DNA from: a phage
Length of the DNA stretch: 64,000 nt
Direction: 5' to 3' (one strand)
NCBI GenBank assembly: GCA_012490745.1
Contig: GCA_012490745.1_3925.1
Part shown: one piece after another, positions 18,328 through 26,641 of the stretch
Numbering within the stretch: position 1 is the first letter of the stretch
How the letters are laid out: the number at the start of each line of letters is the position of its first letter
The notes under the pieces: generated by a model
The model's database searches: none
Told to the model about the DNA's origin: nothing
What the model saw: only the letters and a program-made list of their open reading frames with translations
Made by a program: the position numbers and the translations under genes

Positions 18328-18643
18328 AATTATAATAAGTATTTCAAAATGATGTTTGAGAGGGCTATTTTAGCCCCTCCCTTAAAGAGTTCTTACGAGT
18401 ATTCTTTAAAGGAGCAGAAGACCAAATTCAGCAAGTACGTATGATATTTTCAAGCCAATTTAATTTTGAAAAAATTTATAAAACTTGGTCTGGCTCAACA
18501 ATTTTACAGAAGACCGTTTACAGCAAAACTTAAACAATCTATTTCTCCGGTAAAGAAAAGGCGAAGGTTCGATTCCTTCACTCGGCAGATGTCGAGTTGG
18601 TGTAATGGTAGCACTTAAGATGATAAACAACGGTCTGGTAATT

Positions 18644-18779
18644 ATCTTTGTAGATAAGTTATTAAGCTTACCTGTGAGTATGCGACCACAAAGGGTGAAA
18701 GGGTAAATTCTAGATTTAAACCCAAAAAGGCACATCGCTACAGACCTTAAGCAAGTCTGGGTAGCTTATCTACAAAGAT
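18644..18779 (+). ncRNA. Candidate structured small RNA: 15-bp perfect inverted repeat (atctttgtagataag / cttatctacaaagat) enclosing 106 nt with internal hairpins
   Basis: Perfect long-range stem plus internal hairpins cagac-cttaagcaa-gtctg and gggt...accc; lies between tRNA genes. Confidence 0.4.
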
Positions 18780-18787
18780 AATTTAAT

Positions 18788-18863
18788 GGAAGTGTAGCAG
18801 AATGGTGATGCGGCAGACTTTTAATCTGACAGGCGATGGGTTCGAATCCCTCCACTTCTACCA
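18788..18863 (+). tRNA. tRNA-Lys (TTT)
   Basis: Acceptor ggaagtg/cacttct, anticodon loop cttttaa, T-loop ttcgaat; paralog of 20023-20098. Confidence 0.6.
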
Positions 18864-18867
18864 AAAT

Positions 18868-18944
18868 GGTTCAGTCGCAGATAAGGTAATGCAAGGGTCT
18901 CATAAGCCCTATGAATGTGGGTTCGATTCCCATCTGAACCTCCA
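18868..18944 (+). tRNA. tRNA with CAT anticodon (elongator Met, or Ile2 if lysidine-modified)
   Basis: Acceptor ggttcag/ctgaacc, anticodon arm agggt-ctcataa-gccct, T-loop ttcgatt. Confidence 0.6.
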
Positions 18945-18945
18945 A

Positions 18946-19021
18946 GCTGGTATAGTTAAGAAGGTTATAACACTCCCCTGATAAGGGAACATCGGTGGTT
19001 CGATTCCACCTACCAGTACCA
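18946..19021 (+). tRNA. tRNA-Ile (GAT)
   Basis: D-arm gtta...taac, anticodon loop ctgataa, T-arm ggtgg-ttcgatt-ccacc. Confidence 0.65.
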
Positions 19022-19029
19022 ATTTCAAT

Positions 19030-19075
19030 AAAGTTGTTGACACTGAGATGTGACTACTTTATAGTAACCTTAGTT
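19030..19075 (+). promoter_or_regulatory. Internal promoter TTGACA-17nt-TATAGT within the tRNA array
   Basis: aaagttgTTGACActgagatgtgactacttTATAGTaacc. Confidence 0.55.
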
Positions 19076-19269
19076 TTCGTTGCGTAGCGTCTATTTTGCA
19101 AATTTAAAATAAATGCAAACGACAATGTTTTTCTGGCAGTAGCTTGATAGGCTAAACACCAGTGAGGTCTTCCAATCCCTCATCAAAGAATTTGGCGTAC
19201 TAGCCCACGGTATGATTAATAAGGTGGGCATCTTTAAGGGCTTTCTAAGAGAGTCTTTAAAGATAATTA

Positions 19270-19351
19270 CGGGGCGTATCTCAGCGGTCTTCTAAACCGC
19301 CGTTAACCGAGTAAGTGGAGTATGCGGGTTCGAGTCCTGCCGCCTCGACCA
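19270..19351 (+). tRNA. atypical tRNA-like gene (candidate Arg-TCT); cloverleaf not resolved
   Basis: Good acceptor cggggcg/cgcctcg and T-arm gcggg-ttcgagt-cctgc; perfect hairpin gcggt-cttctaa-accgc sits where the D-arm should be. Confidence 0.4.
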
Positions 19352-19494
19352 ATTTAGTTAGCAGATTACTTAGACGACCTAAGCGGGTCTTCCTGTAGGG
19401 AGGTGGTCTGTATCTCATGTTTTCCAGAACATGTAAATAATCTGAGAAGGGGCTTTACAGTGTTGAGATAATACGGTAAGCTTCGAATTATAGT

Positions 19495-19577
19495 ATGGGA
19501 CGATGTTAAGACTCTAAGGCATGAGCAACGGCCTCCAAAACCGTTTCAAAGGGGTTCAACTCCTCCGTCCCATGCCA
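19495..19577 (+). tRNA. tRNA-like gene, candidate Trp (CCA), with 7-8 extra nt in the 5' region
   Basis: Perfect acceptor atgggac/gtcccat, anticodon loop ctccaaa, T-loop ttcaact. Confidence 0.45.
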
Positions 19578-19590
19578 AAGTCTTATTAGG

Positions 19591-19680
19591 GGTAGGTAGC
19601 GGCTAATGGCAGCCAAACAGTCTTGAAAACTGTTGCCACTGTAGAGATACGGTGAGGGTTCGACTCCTTTACTTACCGCC
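19591..19680 (+). tRNA. tRNA-Ser (TGA), class II
   Basis: Anticodon arm acagt-cttgaaa-actgt, long variable arm, T-arm gaggg-ttcgact-ccttt, discriminator G. Confidence 0.65.
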
Positions 19681-19937
19681 TAATAAGATTTTTAAAGCCA
19701 AGCTTCATTCGGATGTTGCTTTGGTATACCGCGTGTATTGTCGTACACACAGATAAAGCACCTAGTAGGTGTCACGGAGAAGAGATAATATCAAGCTCTC
19801 CAAAGGTTCTAGTCACCGGATTAAACAAGACTATGCAAAGGCCTTTTTAGGTCTTTTTAGAGGGCTTCTAAGGTTATTACAGCTTGTTGTGGAACCTTGT
19901 TGCTTAGGTTCTTAGAAGTTCTCTAAAAAGATTTAAT

Positions 19938-20015
19938 GGGAGATTGACGGTAATTGGTAAACCTACCATCCTTAGAAGTTGGTGTTTGAGGGTTCGAATC
20001 CCTTGTCTCCTACCA
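19938..20015 (+). tRNA. tRNA with TAG anticodon (Leu) but class I length
   Basis: Anticodon arm ccatc-cttagaa-gttgg, Leu-like D-loop aattggtaaac, discriminator A, T-arm gaggg-ttcgaat-ccctt. Confidence 0.5.
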
Positions 20016-20022
20016 AATTAAT

Positions 20023-20098
20023 GCAGGTGTAGCAAAATGGTTATGCGGCTGACTCTTAATCAGTAAGACGATGGGTTCAATTCCCTCCACCTGTACCA
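20023..20098 (+). tRNA. tRNA-Lys (CTT)
   Basis: Anticodon arm gctga-ctcttaa-tcagt, T-loop ttcaatt, acceptor gcaggtg/cacctgt. Confidence 0.6.
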
Positions 20099-20104
20099 AA
20101 CAAT

Positions 20105-20180
20105 GGGGATGTAGTTTACATGGTTAAAACATAAGTTTTGCAAACTTAAGTACAGGGTTCAATTCCCTGCTTCTCCACCA
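20105..20180 (+). tRNA. tRNA-Ala (TGC)
   Basis: D-arm gttt...aaac, anticodon arm taagt-tttgcaa-actta, T-arm caggg-ttcaatt-ccctg. Confidence 0.65.
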
Positions 20181-20186
20181 ATTAGT

Positions 20187-20261
20187 GCATCCATAGTTTA
20201 AACGGGAAAATTACAGTCTTCCAAACTGAGGTTGAGGGTTCGATTCCCTCTGGATGCTCCA
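20187..20261 (+). tRNA. tRNA-Gly (TCC)
   Basis: Perfect acceptor gcatcca/tggatgc, anticodon loop cttccaa, T-arm gaggg-ttcgatt-ccctc. Confidence 0.65.
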
Positions 20262-20266
20262 AACAA

Positions 20267-20344
20267 TGCTGCTTTCGTATAATTGGCTATTACACATCCC
20301 TTGTAAGGATGGAAATGCAGGTTCGAGTCCTGTGAGCAGCACCA
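20267..20344 (+). tRNA. tRNA-Thr (TGT)
   Basis: Anticodon arm catcc-cttgtaa-ggatg, T-loop ttcgagt. Confidence 0.65.
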
Positions 20345-20440
20345 ATTCAGAGGTCAAGTGAAAGACCGCTTTGAGTCAACTGAAGACCGTAACAAATTCC
20401 ACGGAGTTGAGTTAGCGGCACAACTCCAGACCTCTTTCAT

Positions 20441-20515
20441 ACTCGCTTAGTTTATATGGTAAAACATCACCCTTACAAGATGAAGAAAAAGGTTCAAGTC
20501 CTTTAGTGAGTACCA
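20441..20515 (+). tRNA. tRNA-Val (TAC)
   Basis: D-arm gttt-atatggta-aaac, anticodon loop cttacaa, T-arm aaagg-ttcaagt-ccttt. Confidence 0.6.
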
Positions 20516-20516
20516 T

Positions 20517-20594
20517 GTTCCAGTATCCCAATTGGCAGAGGATGCAAGCTCAAACCTTGTACTAGTGACGGTTCGAATCCGTCTTGGAACACCA
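20517..20594 (+). tRNA. tRNA with CAA anticodon (Leu) but short variable arm
   Basis: Anticodon arm (t)gcaag-ctcaaac-cttgt(a), Leu-like D-loop aattggcagag, discriminator A, T-arm gacgg-ttcgaat-ccgtc. Confidence 0.5.
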
Positions 20595-20599
20595 ATTTT

Positions 20600-20675
20600 G
20601 CAGGATTAGTTCAAATGGATAGAGCAACAGTCTACGAAGCTGTTAATAGGGGTTCGAATCCCTTATCCTGCGCCA
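20600..20675 (+). tRNA. tRNA-Arg (ACG)
   Basis: Perfect acceptor gcaggat/atcctgc, anticodon arm acagt-ctacgaa-gctgt, T-loop ttcgaat. Confidence 0.65.
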
Positions 20676-20694
20676 ATTTAAAGAGGCTATTTAG

Positions 20695-21252
20695 ATGAGA
20701 TATTTGAAGTATGCTTCATGGATTTTCTTAGCTTTGTTAGAGCCATTTGCAGCAATCTTAGCAGTTATCTTAGCACCTTTTGTAGTTCCATTCTACAGTG
20801 AGAAGAAAGGACACTTACCTTTCGGGTTCAGATGGATGGAGACATATGACAACCCAATTGATGGTGATGAAGGTCACGTTAAAAGATGGGCTAATATTAG
20901 ATGGATTGGTAAACTAGGTGTCTACATGCAAAGAGTCGGATGGCTCTGGAGAAACAAAGCTTATAACTTCTCTTACCATGTATTAGGAAGAGATGTAAGA
21001 GATGTTACTAAGTGGAAAGGTAATATCAACGTAAGTTCTGACCCCGAAGATAATCAGACAGGTTATCTCCTAATGTGGAACAGTAATGCTTGGGGATTAT
21101 TCGCTTTTATCCCATCAATTAAAATCTTTGGTAAACAGTTTTACTGGAGAATTTATATTGGATGGAAACTTAAAAGTGTTGTCCCAGAAGAAAGAGCATT
21201 CTCAAGGGAAAGAGTTATGTTGGCATTCTTTATTCATCCACTGAGAAAGTAA
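20695..21252 (+). CDS. hypothetical Trp-rich membrane protein (185 aa) embedded in the tRNA array
   Basis: ORF with SD aaGAGG; N-terminal TM helix (WIFLALLEPFAAILAVILAPFVVPF). Confidence 0.55.
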   Translation: MRYLKYASWIFLALLEPFAAILAVILAPFVVPFYSEKKGHLPFGFRWMETYDNPIDGDEGHVKRWANIRWIGKLGVYMQRVGWLWRNKAYNFSYHVLGRDVRDVTKWKGNINVSSDPEDNQTGYLLMWNSNAWGLFAFIPSIKIFGKQFYWRIYIGWKLKSVVPEERAFSRERVMLAFFIHPLRK

Positions 21253-21260
21253 AGATTTAA

Positions 21261-21336
21261 AGGGGATTAGTTTACAAGGTTAAAACCTCGGTCTTTGAAA
21301 TCGAAGAAGTTGGTTCAATTCCAACATCCCCCGCCA
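21261..21336 (+). tRNA. tRNA-Gln (TTG)
   Basis: Anticodon arm tcggt-ctttgaa-atcga, T-arm gttgg-ttcaatt-ccaac, A1:C72 mismatch. Confidence 0.55.
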
Positions 21337-21338
21337 AT

Positions 21339-21416
21339 GCTCCATTACTCCAATTGGCAGAGAGGCCAGACTTAAAATCTGTGTTATGTATCGGTTCGAA
21401 TCCGATATGGAGTACC
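21339..21416 (+). tRNA. tRNA with TAA anticodon (Leu) but short variable arm
   Basis: Paralog of 20517-20594 (D-loop aattggcagag), anticodon loop cttaaaa, discriminator A. Confidence 0.5.
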
Positions 21417-21422
21417 AAATTT

Positions 21423-21497
21423 AGCGGTATAGCATAACTGGCAATGCAACAGTCTCTGAAGCTGTCCTATTAAGGTTCAAATCCTTATGCCGCTGCC
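21423..21497 (+). tRNA. tRNA-Gln (CTG)
   Basis: D-arm gcat...atgc, anticodon arm acagt-ctctgaa-gctgt, T-arm taagg-ttcaaat-cctta. Confidence 0.55.
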
Positions 21498-21529
21498 ACT
21501 TCTAAGGATTCTTACGAGAGTCCTTAAAT

Positions 21530-21605
21530 GTGGCCTTATCATAAAAGGTAATGACCCATGCTGTGAACATGGTCTATACGGGTTCAAATCCCGTAGGTCA
21601 CCCCA
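21530..21605 (+). tRNA. tRNA-His (GTG)
   Basis: Anticodon arm ccatg-ctgtgaa-catgg, discriminator C73, T-arm acggg-ttcaaat-cccgt. Confidence 0.65.
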
Positions 21606-21610
21606 ATTTA

Positions 21611-21688
21611 TAGTCCAAGTAGCTTATATGGTTAAAGCGCGTGTCTGAAAAACATGAGAAGAGGGTTCAAATCCCACTGGACTACCAA
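21611..21688 (+). tRNA. tRNA-Phe (GAA)
   Basis: Perfect acceptor tagtcca/tggacta, anticodon loop ctgaaaa, T-loop ttcaaat. Confidence 0.65.
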
Positions 21689-21703
21689 TTTCAAAGGTGC
21701 TTA

Positions 21704-22438
21704 ATGAAAGAGATGACAGAACAAGGTAAGGAGATTTTTAATCTCTTAAAAACTGGTAAAGGGTTTTCTAACCCCCTTATTACTGGTGCAGCAGTTCTCG
21801 GTGGAACCGTAGCTGCCTCTACATCACTTGTAAGCTCTATTAGCTCTGTATCAGACCCTACAGTAAAGGATAAGCTTGTTGCTGCTGGACTTACAACAGT
21901 TCTGCTTAACAGCTTTACCACGAGTCTGACAAGCACTACATCAACTACCAAAACACTAACAGATTACGGTCAAAAGTCCATTGATGAGTTTTCATCACGT
22001 ATGCAGGTAGCAAAAGGTTATTCTAATGTTATGGGTGCAGCAGGTGAACAAGTTGGCTGTACACCATTTAGTGGTATTATGGGTGTTGCTACAGAGTATG
22101 GTCAAAAAGCTATTGATACGATTAACAGTACACTAGATAGTGTTAATGGTGTGTTAAGTGACTTACAAGATGCTATTGATAAGGGTCTTGATACTGTTTC
22201 TGATTTAGCTAATCAGGCTGTTAGCAAGATTAATGAAGGTATCTCAAAGATTACAGCTTATGCAGATGAAGTTGTGCAGATGATTGAAGAAGAAGCTGCC
22301 CTTATTGCAGAGTACCTTAAAACGAATATCAATGGGTTCTTAGCAGGTATCTTACCAGACTGGTTTGATGATGCTTGTAAAACTGGTGTGATTGACACTA
22401 TTGCAACACCAGAAATGAAGAACGCATTACAGAAATAA
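21704..22438 (+). CDS. hypothetical Ser/Thr-rich protein (244 aa)
   Basis: The ORF-track start 21641 lies inside tRNA-Phe; ATG 21704 has SD aaaGGtg 5 nt upstream. Confidence 0.5.
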   Translation: MKEMTEQGKEIFNLLKTGKGFSNPLITGAAVLGGTVAASTSLVSSISSVSDPTVKDKLVAAGLTTVLLNSFTTSLTSTTSTTKTLTDYGQKSIDEFSSRMQVAKGYSNVMGAAGEQVGCTPFSGIMGVATEYGQKAIDTINSTLDSVNGVLSDLQDAIDKGLDTVSDLANQAVSKINEGISKITAYADEVVQMIEEEAALIAEYLKTNINGFLAGILPDWFDDACKTGVIDTIATPEMKNALQK

Positions 22439-22439
22439 T

Positions 22440-22532
22440 GGAAGATTAACCCTAAAAGGTAAGGGAGCAGTTTGCTAAACTGCCAGTAGCTGAGAAATCG
22501 GTGTACCAGTTCAAGTCTGGTATCTTCCTCCA
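22440..22532 (+). tRNA. tRNA-Ser (GCT), class II
   Basis: Perfect acceptor ggaagat/atcttcc, anticodon arm gcagt-ttgctaa-actgc, long variable arm, T-arm accag-ttcaagt-ctggt. Confidence 0.7.
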
Positions 22533-22536
22533 ATTT

Positions 22537-22612
22537 GAATCCGTGACAGAAATGGCTATGTGCCTGTCTGCAAAACAGGTTTATAAGGGTTCGAGTCCCT
22601 TCGGATTCTCCA
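22537..22612 (+). tRNA. tRNA-Cys (GCA)
   Basis: Perfect acceptor gaatccg/cggattc, anticodon arm cctgt-ctgcaaa-acagg, discriminator U73. Confidence 0.7.
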
Positions 22613-22834
22613 AGTTATTTTACTCTCTCTCAATTAAAATAATAATAATGCCCTGCTATAAGTATTCTTCCTTTCGCTACCGAAGAGTATTTTTAGACAG
22701 GGCTTTTTTACAGAGCTATACTTTATAAGAAGACTTATACAGTATGTCTCTGACGTACATTGTGGTTTCTCCTTGACGGTCTCTGTGCCGTCTTTTTTAA
22801 GGGGAAACATGGTTAATTATTTGGAGAAAACATA

Positions 22835-23035
22835 ATGAGCGAGACCGTTTATAAAGAACTTTATGAAGCTAACAAGAAGCTAGAATTTATGCAGAATACT
22901 ATCATGGCAATTGCAGACAGATTATCTGTAGCAACAGGCATTGATATTAAAGAAGCATCTATGGATGCACTTCTTGATGCTGTTGATGCAAAGTTCGAAG
23001 TTAAGAAAGAAGAGACTGCTACAGACTCTGAATAA
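22835..23035 (+). CDS. hypothetical protein (66 aa)
   Basis: ORF with SD GGAG just upstream of the terminase gene. Confidence 0.45.
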   Translation: MSETVYKELYEANKKLEFMQNTIMAIADRLSVATGIDIKEASMDALLDAVDAKFEVKKEETATDSE

Positions 23036-23056
23036 TTCTATTTGCGGAGGTGCTTA

Positions 23057-24658
23057 ATGGACTTAAATGCTGTTAAGCAGAAGCGAGTGGAAGATGTTAG
23101 GAAAGTCCTAGCTGGAGAGTTGGGGCTTTCTGATGAAGTAAAAGAAATTATCAAATCATTCGGTAAAGACCCCTCTAAATTCCTTCCAACTCAAATTCTG
23201 ACTTTATTAAGATACACACCAGACCAAGTTAGACTTATCTTCAAATTGATGACTGATAAGAACTATGTAGCCCCTCAGCCGGGTTCTCAAGAGGTCTTTT
23301 TAAATACTAATGCTGACTTGGTTCTCTATGGTGGTGCTGCGGGTGCTGGTAAGACTGCTGCATTGTTAATGGACTCTTTAAGGTTTATTGAAGACCCTAA
23401 CTATAATGCTGTATATTTCCGTCGAAATACAACACAGTTACAAGGTGGTTTATGGCCTGCTGCAAAGAAACTATTTGGTAAGTTTGGTGGGGTTCCTCAC
23501 GAGCAGAAGATGACTATCACATTCCCTTCTGGGGCAACTATCAAGTTTACCTATCTAGAACTTGAAAAGCACGCTGAAGGTCATCAGGGTATTGAATACT
23601 CAGCTATTTACTTTGACGAAGGTACACACTTCTCTGCTTCACAGATTTCATACCTACAGACTCGTCTACGTTCTGGGGCTGAAGGTGATTCATACATGAA
23701 GATTTCTATGAACCCAGACAGAGACCACTTTATTTACGATTGGGTAGAACCATTCTTAGATGAAGAAGGTTATCCAGACCCTGAAAAGTGTGGTCGTATT
23801 CGTTGGTATGTAATGAATGACGGTGTGATGGTTTCTGATTGGGAGAGAGACAAGATTCTTGAAATGTTCCCTCTTGAGATTCCTCAAACATACACCTTTA
23901 TCTCTGGTACGATTGATGATAACCCAATCCTTGACTTCTTAGAGCCTAAGTACCGTGGTAAGTTGGAAAACAACACCCCTGTAAACGTTGCAAGACTTCG
24001 TTTCGGTAACTGGAAGGCTCGTGCAGAAGGTTCAAACTATTGGCAAAGACAATGGTGTGAGATTGTTGATTCACTCCCAGAAGATGTATTCGATGTTAGA
24101 GCATGGGACTTAGCAGCAACTTTACCATCTGAGGTTAACCCTAATCCAGACTGGACAGCAGGTGTTAAGATGGGTAAATCTAAAAAAGACGGTTGCTATT
24201 ATATCATTGATGTAGTAAGATTTAGAGATAGACCCTCTGGAGTCGAAACACAAATTAATTTGACTGCTGAAAGTGACGGTAAGCGAACTGGTATTTTTAT
24301 CCCTCAAGACCCAGGCGCTGCTGGTAAATCCTACGCAACATCCCTCATCAGGAAACTTGCCGAGAAAGGCTATCGTGCAAGAGCTAAACCAACAAATAAA
24401 GATAAAGTTACCCGCTTTGCGGGATTTTCTGCTGCTTCTGAAGCTGGACTTGTAAAAGTCTTGAGAGGTAGTTGGAATGAAGCTTACTTTCAAGAGCTTG
24501 AAGGCTTTTGTGGTGATGGCAAAACTAAAGATGACCAAGTGGATGCTACCAGTGATGCTTTCAACAGTCTTAACGAAGTTAAATTATTCAAGCCACCATC
24601 AATGGGTGCTCACACAGACTTAGTGAGGGGAAACCCATATGAGGGGCTTAGACGTTGA
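23057..24658 (+). CDS. terminase large subunit (533 aa)
   Basis: Walker A-like LYGGAAGAGKTAA, Walker B-like IYFDEGTHF, C-terminal nuclease-like acidic motifs; SD GGAGG before ATG 23057. Confidence 0.85.
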   Translation: MDLNAVKQKRVEDVRKVLAGELGLSDEVKEIIKSFGKDPSKFLPTQILTLLRYTPDQVRLIFKLMTDKNYVAPQPGSQEVFLNTNADLVLYGGAAGAGKTAALLMDSLRFIEDPNYNAVYFRRNTTQLQGGLWPAAKKLFGKFGGVPHEQKMTITFPSGATIKFTYLELEKHAEGHQGIEYSAIYFDEGTHFSASQISYLQTRLRSGAEGDSYMKISMNPDRDHFIYDWVEPFLDEEGYPDPEKCGRIRWYVMNDGVMVSDWERDKILEMFPLEIPQTYTFISGTIDDNPILDFLEPKYRGKLENNTPVNVARLRFGNWKARAEGSNYWQRQWCEIVDSLPEDVFDVRAWDLAATLPSEVNPNPDWTAGVKMGKSKKDGCYYIIDVVRFRDRPSGVETQINLTAESDGKRTGIFIPQDPGAAGKSYATSLIRKLAEKGYRARAKPTNKDKVTRFAGFSAASEAGLVKVLRGSWNEAYFQELEGFCGDGKTKDDQVDATSDAFNSLNEVKLFKPPSMGAHTDLVRGNPYEGLRR

Positions 24659-24674
24659 TAGCTAGGTGAGAAGA

Positions 24675-26141
24675 ATGGCAGATATTACAGAAACACAAGA
24701 AAGCTTACCACCATTTAGAATGGGTGAAGTAGGTTCTTTGGGTCTGAAGGTTAAGAATGGAAGAATCTATGAAGAACCTCGTCAGGCACTAAGGTTCCCT
24801 GAAAGTATTAAAACTTTCCAATTAATGATGCGTGACCCTGCTGTAGCAGCATCTGTAAATATTATTAAGATGTTTGTCAGAAAAGTCAACTGGAGATTCG
24901 TACCTCCAAAGGGAAAAGAGCAAGACCCTAAAATGCTTGAAAGAGCAGACTTCTTTAATTCTTTAATGGATGACATGGAGCATGATTGGGCAGATTTTAT
25001 TAATTCTGTAATGTCATTCTGCACTTATGGGTTCTGTGTTAACGAGAAAGTTTATAAGAAGCGACAGGGTAAAAAAGGAAAGTACCAGTCAAAATTTGAT
25101 GATGGTCTAATTGGATGGGCTAAATTACCAATCAGAAACCAATCAACACTTGATAAGTGGTATTTTGACGAAGACTTTAGAAAAGTTACTGGTGTCAGAC
25201 AGAATCTGAGAAATGTTTCACATATTGCTGGAGCAATTAATCTTGGAGAGAGACCATTAACAAGAAAACTTCCACGAGCTAAATTCATGCTGTTTAAGTA
25301 TGACGATGAATATGGAAACCCAGAAGGTCGTTCACCATTACTCAATGCCTATGTACCGTGGAAGTATAAAGTTCAGATTGAAGAGTACGAAGCTGTTGGT
25401 GTTTCAAGAGACTTGGTAGGTATGCCAAAAATTGGTTTACCACCAGATTATCTGGATGAAAATGCAGAACCTGAAAAGAAAGCTTTCGTACAATACTGCA
25501 AAACTGTTGTTAACGATATGATTGCTAACGATAGAGCAGGTTTAATCTGGCCTAGATATATCGACCCAGATACTAAAGAGGATATTTTCGAGTTCTCATT
25601 AGTTTCTAGACAGGGTGCTAAAGCATACGATACAGGTTCTATTATTGACAGATATTCCAAGCAGATTATGATGGCATTTATGTCAGATGTTCTTGCTATG
25701 GGTCAGTCAAAATATGGTTCATTCTCTCTTGCAGATTCTAAGACGAGTTTACTAGCAATGTCAGTAGATATTCTGCTGAAGCAAATTAAGAACGTAATTA
25801 ACCGTGATTTAGTTGCACAGACTTATGCTCTTAATATGTGGGATGATGAAGAACATGTACAAATCACATATGATGATATCGAAACTCCAGACCTTGAAGC
25901 AATTGGTTCTTATATTCAGAAGACTGTTGCAGTAGGTGCTTTGGAAGTTGACAAAGAGCTATCTAACAAACTTAGAGAGCATATTGGTCTCCCTCCTGCT
26001 GATGAGTCTCAGCCAGTATCTGAAAAGCTTTCTCCAAATAGCCAAAGCCGCTCAGGAGATGGTTATAAGACCGCTGGAGAAGGTACTGCAAAGACACCTT
26101 CAGCGAAAGACCCAAGCACAGCAAATAAGGCAAATAAATAA
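24675..26141 (+). CDS. putative portal protein (488 aa)
   Basis: Size and position directly after the terminase; SD aGGTGa before ATG 24675. Confidence 0.6.
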   Translation: MADITETQESLPPFRMGEVGSLGLKVKNGRIYEEPRQALRFPESIKTFQLMMRDPAVAASVNIIKMFVRKVNWRFVPPKGKEQDPKMLERADFFNSLMDDMEHDWADFINSVMSFCTYGFCVNEKVYKKRQGKKGKYQSKFDDGLIGWAKLPIRNQSTLDKWYFDEDFRKVTGVRQNLRNVSHIAGAINLGERPLTRKLPRAKFMLFKYDDEYGNPEGRSPLLNAYVPWKYKVQIEEYEAVGVSRDLVGMPKIGLPPDYLDENAEPEKKAFVQYCKTVVNDMIANDRAGLIWPRYIDPDTKEDIFEFSLVSRQGAKAYDTGSIIDRYSKQIMMAFMSDVLAMGQSKYGSFSLADSKTSLLAMSVDILLKQIKNVINRDLVAQTYALNMWDDEEHVQITYDDIETPDLEAIGSYIQKTVAVGALEVDKELSNKLREHIGLPPADESQPVSEKLSPNSQSRSGDGYKTAGEGTAKTPSAKDPSTANKANK

Positions 26142-26641
26142 TGGCTGAAGTTATCTCTATTTCAAATGCTACACGAGTGCATTCGTATAGGGGTGTCCTT
26201 ATCATTACTGACAAGTTATCTGTAGAGGCTGGCTCAAGGGTCAGTCTTTCAGGTTATGTAAGTGATGGTGGAACCTCTGACGTTTTCACTATTTGCAGGT
26301 TACTTGATGCACCAATGAGTGGAAAACCGTTTATTTTAGGAAATTGTAGTGAAATTGTTAAAATTCCATTTGACAGTTCATGCCTTTTGGGTGTAAAGTT
26401 ATATAACTGCGAGAATAAACGTATCAATGTTAATAGCATTGAAGCCGCTTTCATTACCCTCGACACTGCATTTCAATCTCCAATGACAGTTAATAAAGAA
26501 ACAAACAGACTTGAATACATTTTTTCACAAAATGATTACAAAGTACTTGTCAAAGGTAAAGTATATGCTATGATTGTAAATGTGGTAGATGAATCTGGTA
26601 ACCATTCAACAGTCCTTAAACAAAAAGTAAGGTTTAATTAA
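26141..26641 (+). CDS. hypothetical head-module protein (166 aa)
   Basis: ORF, start overlaps portal stop. Confidence 0.45.
   Translation: MAEVISISNATRVHSYRGVLIITDKLSVEAGSRVSLSGYVSDGGTSDVFTICRLLDAPMSGKPFILGNCSEIVKIPFDSSCLLGVKLYNCENKRINVNSIEAAFITLDTAFQSPMTVNKETNRLEYIFSQNDYKVLVKGKVYAMIVNVVDESGNHSTVLKQKVRFN

Noticed and set aside
17742-18735. Minus-strand ORFs in the tRNA array (17742-17993, 17908-18147, 18460-18735)
   Set aside because: They overlap tRNA genes and structured spacers on the opposite strand and have no start context; chance ORFs.
19130-19230. Possible additional tRNA (tgagg-tcttccaatc-cctca hairpin)
   Set aside because: No acceptor stem, no TTC-type T-loop and no CCA; treated as unclassified spacer structure.
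24122-24538. 138-aa minus-strand ORF inside the terminase gene
   Set aside because: Antisense to a motif-supported terminase; no RBS.
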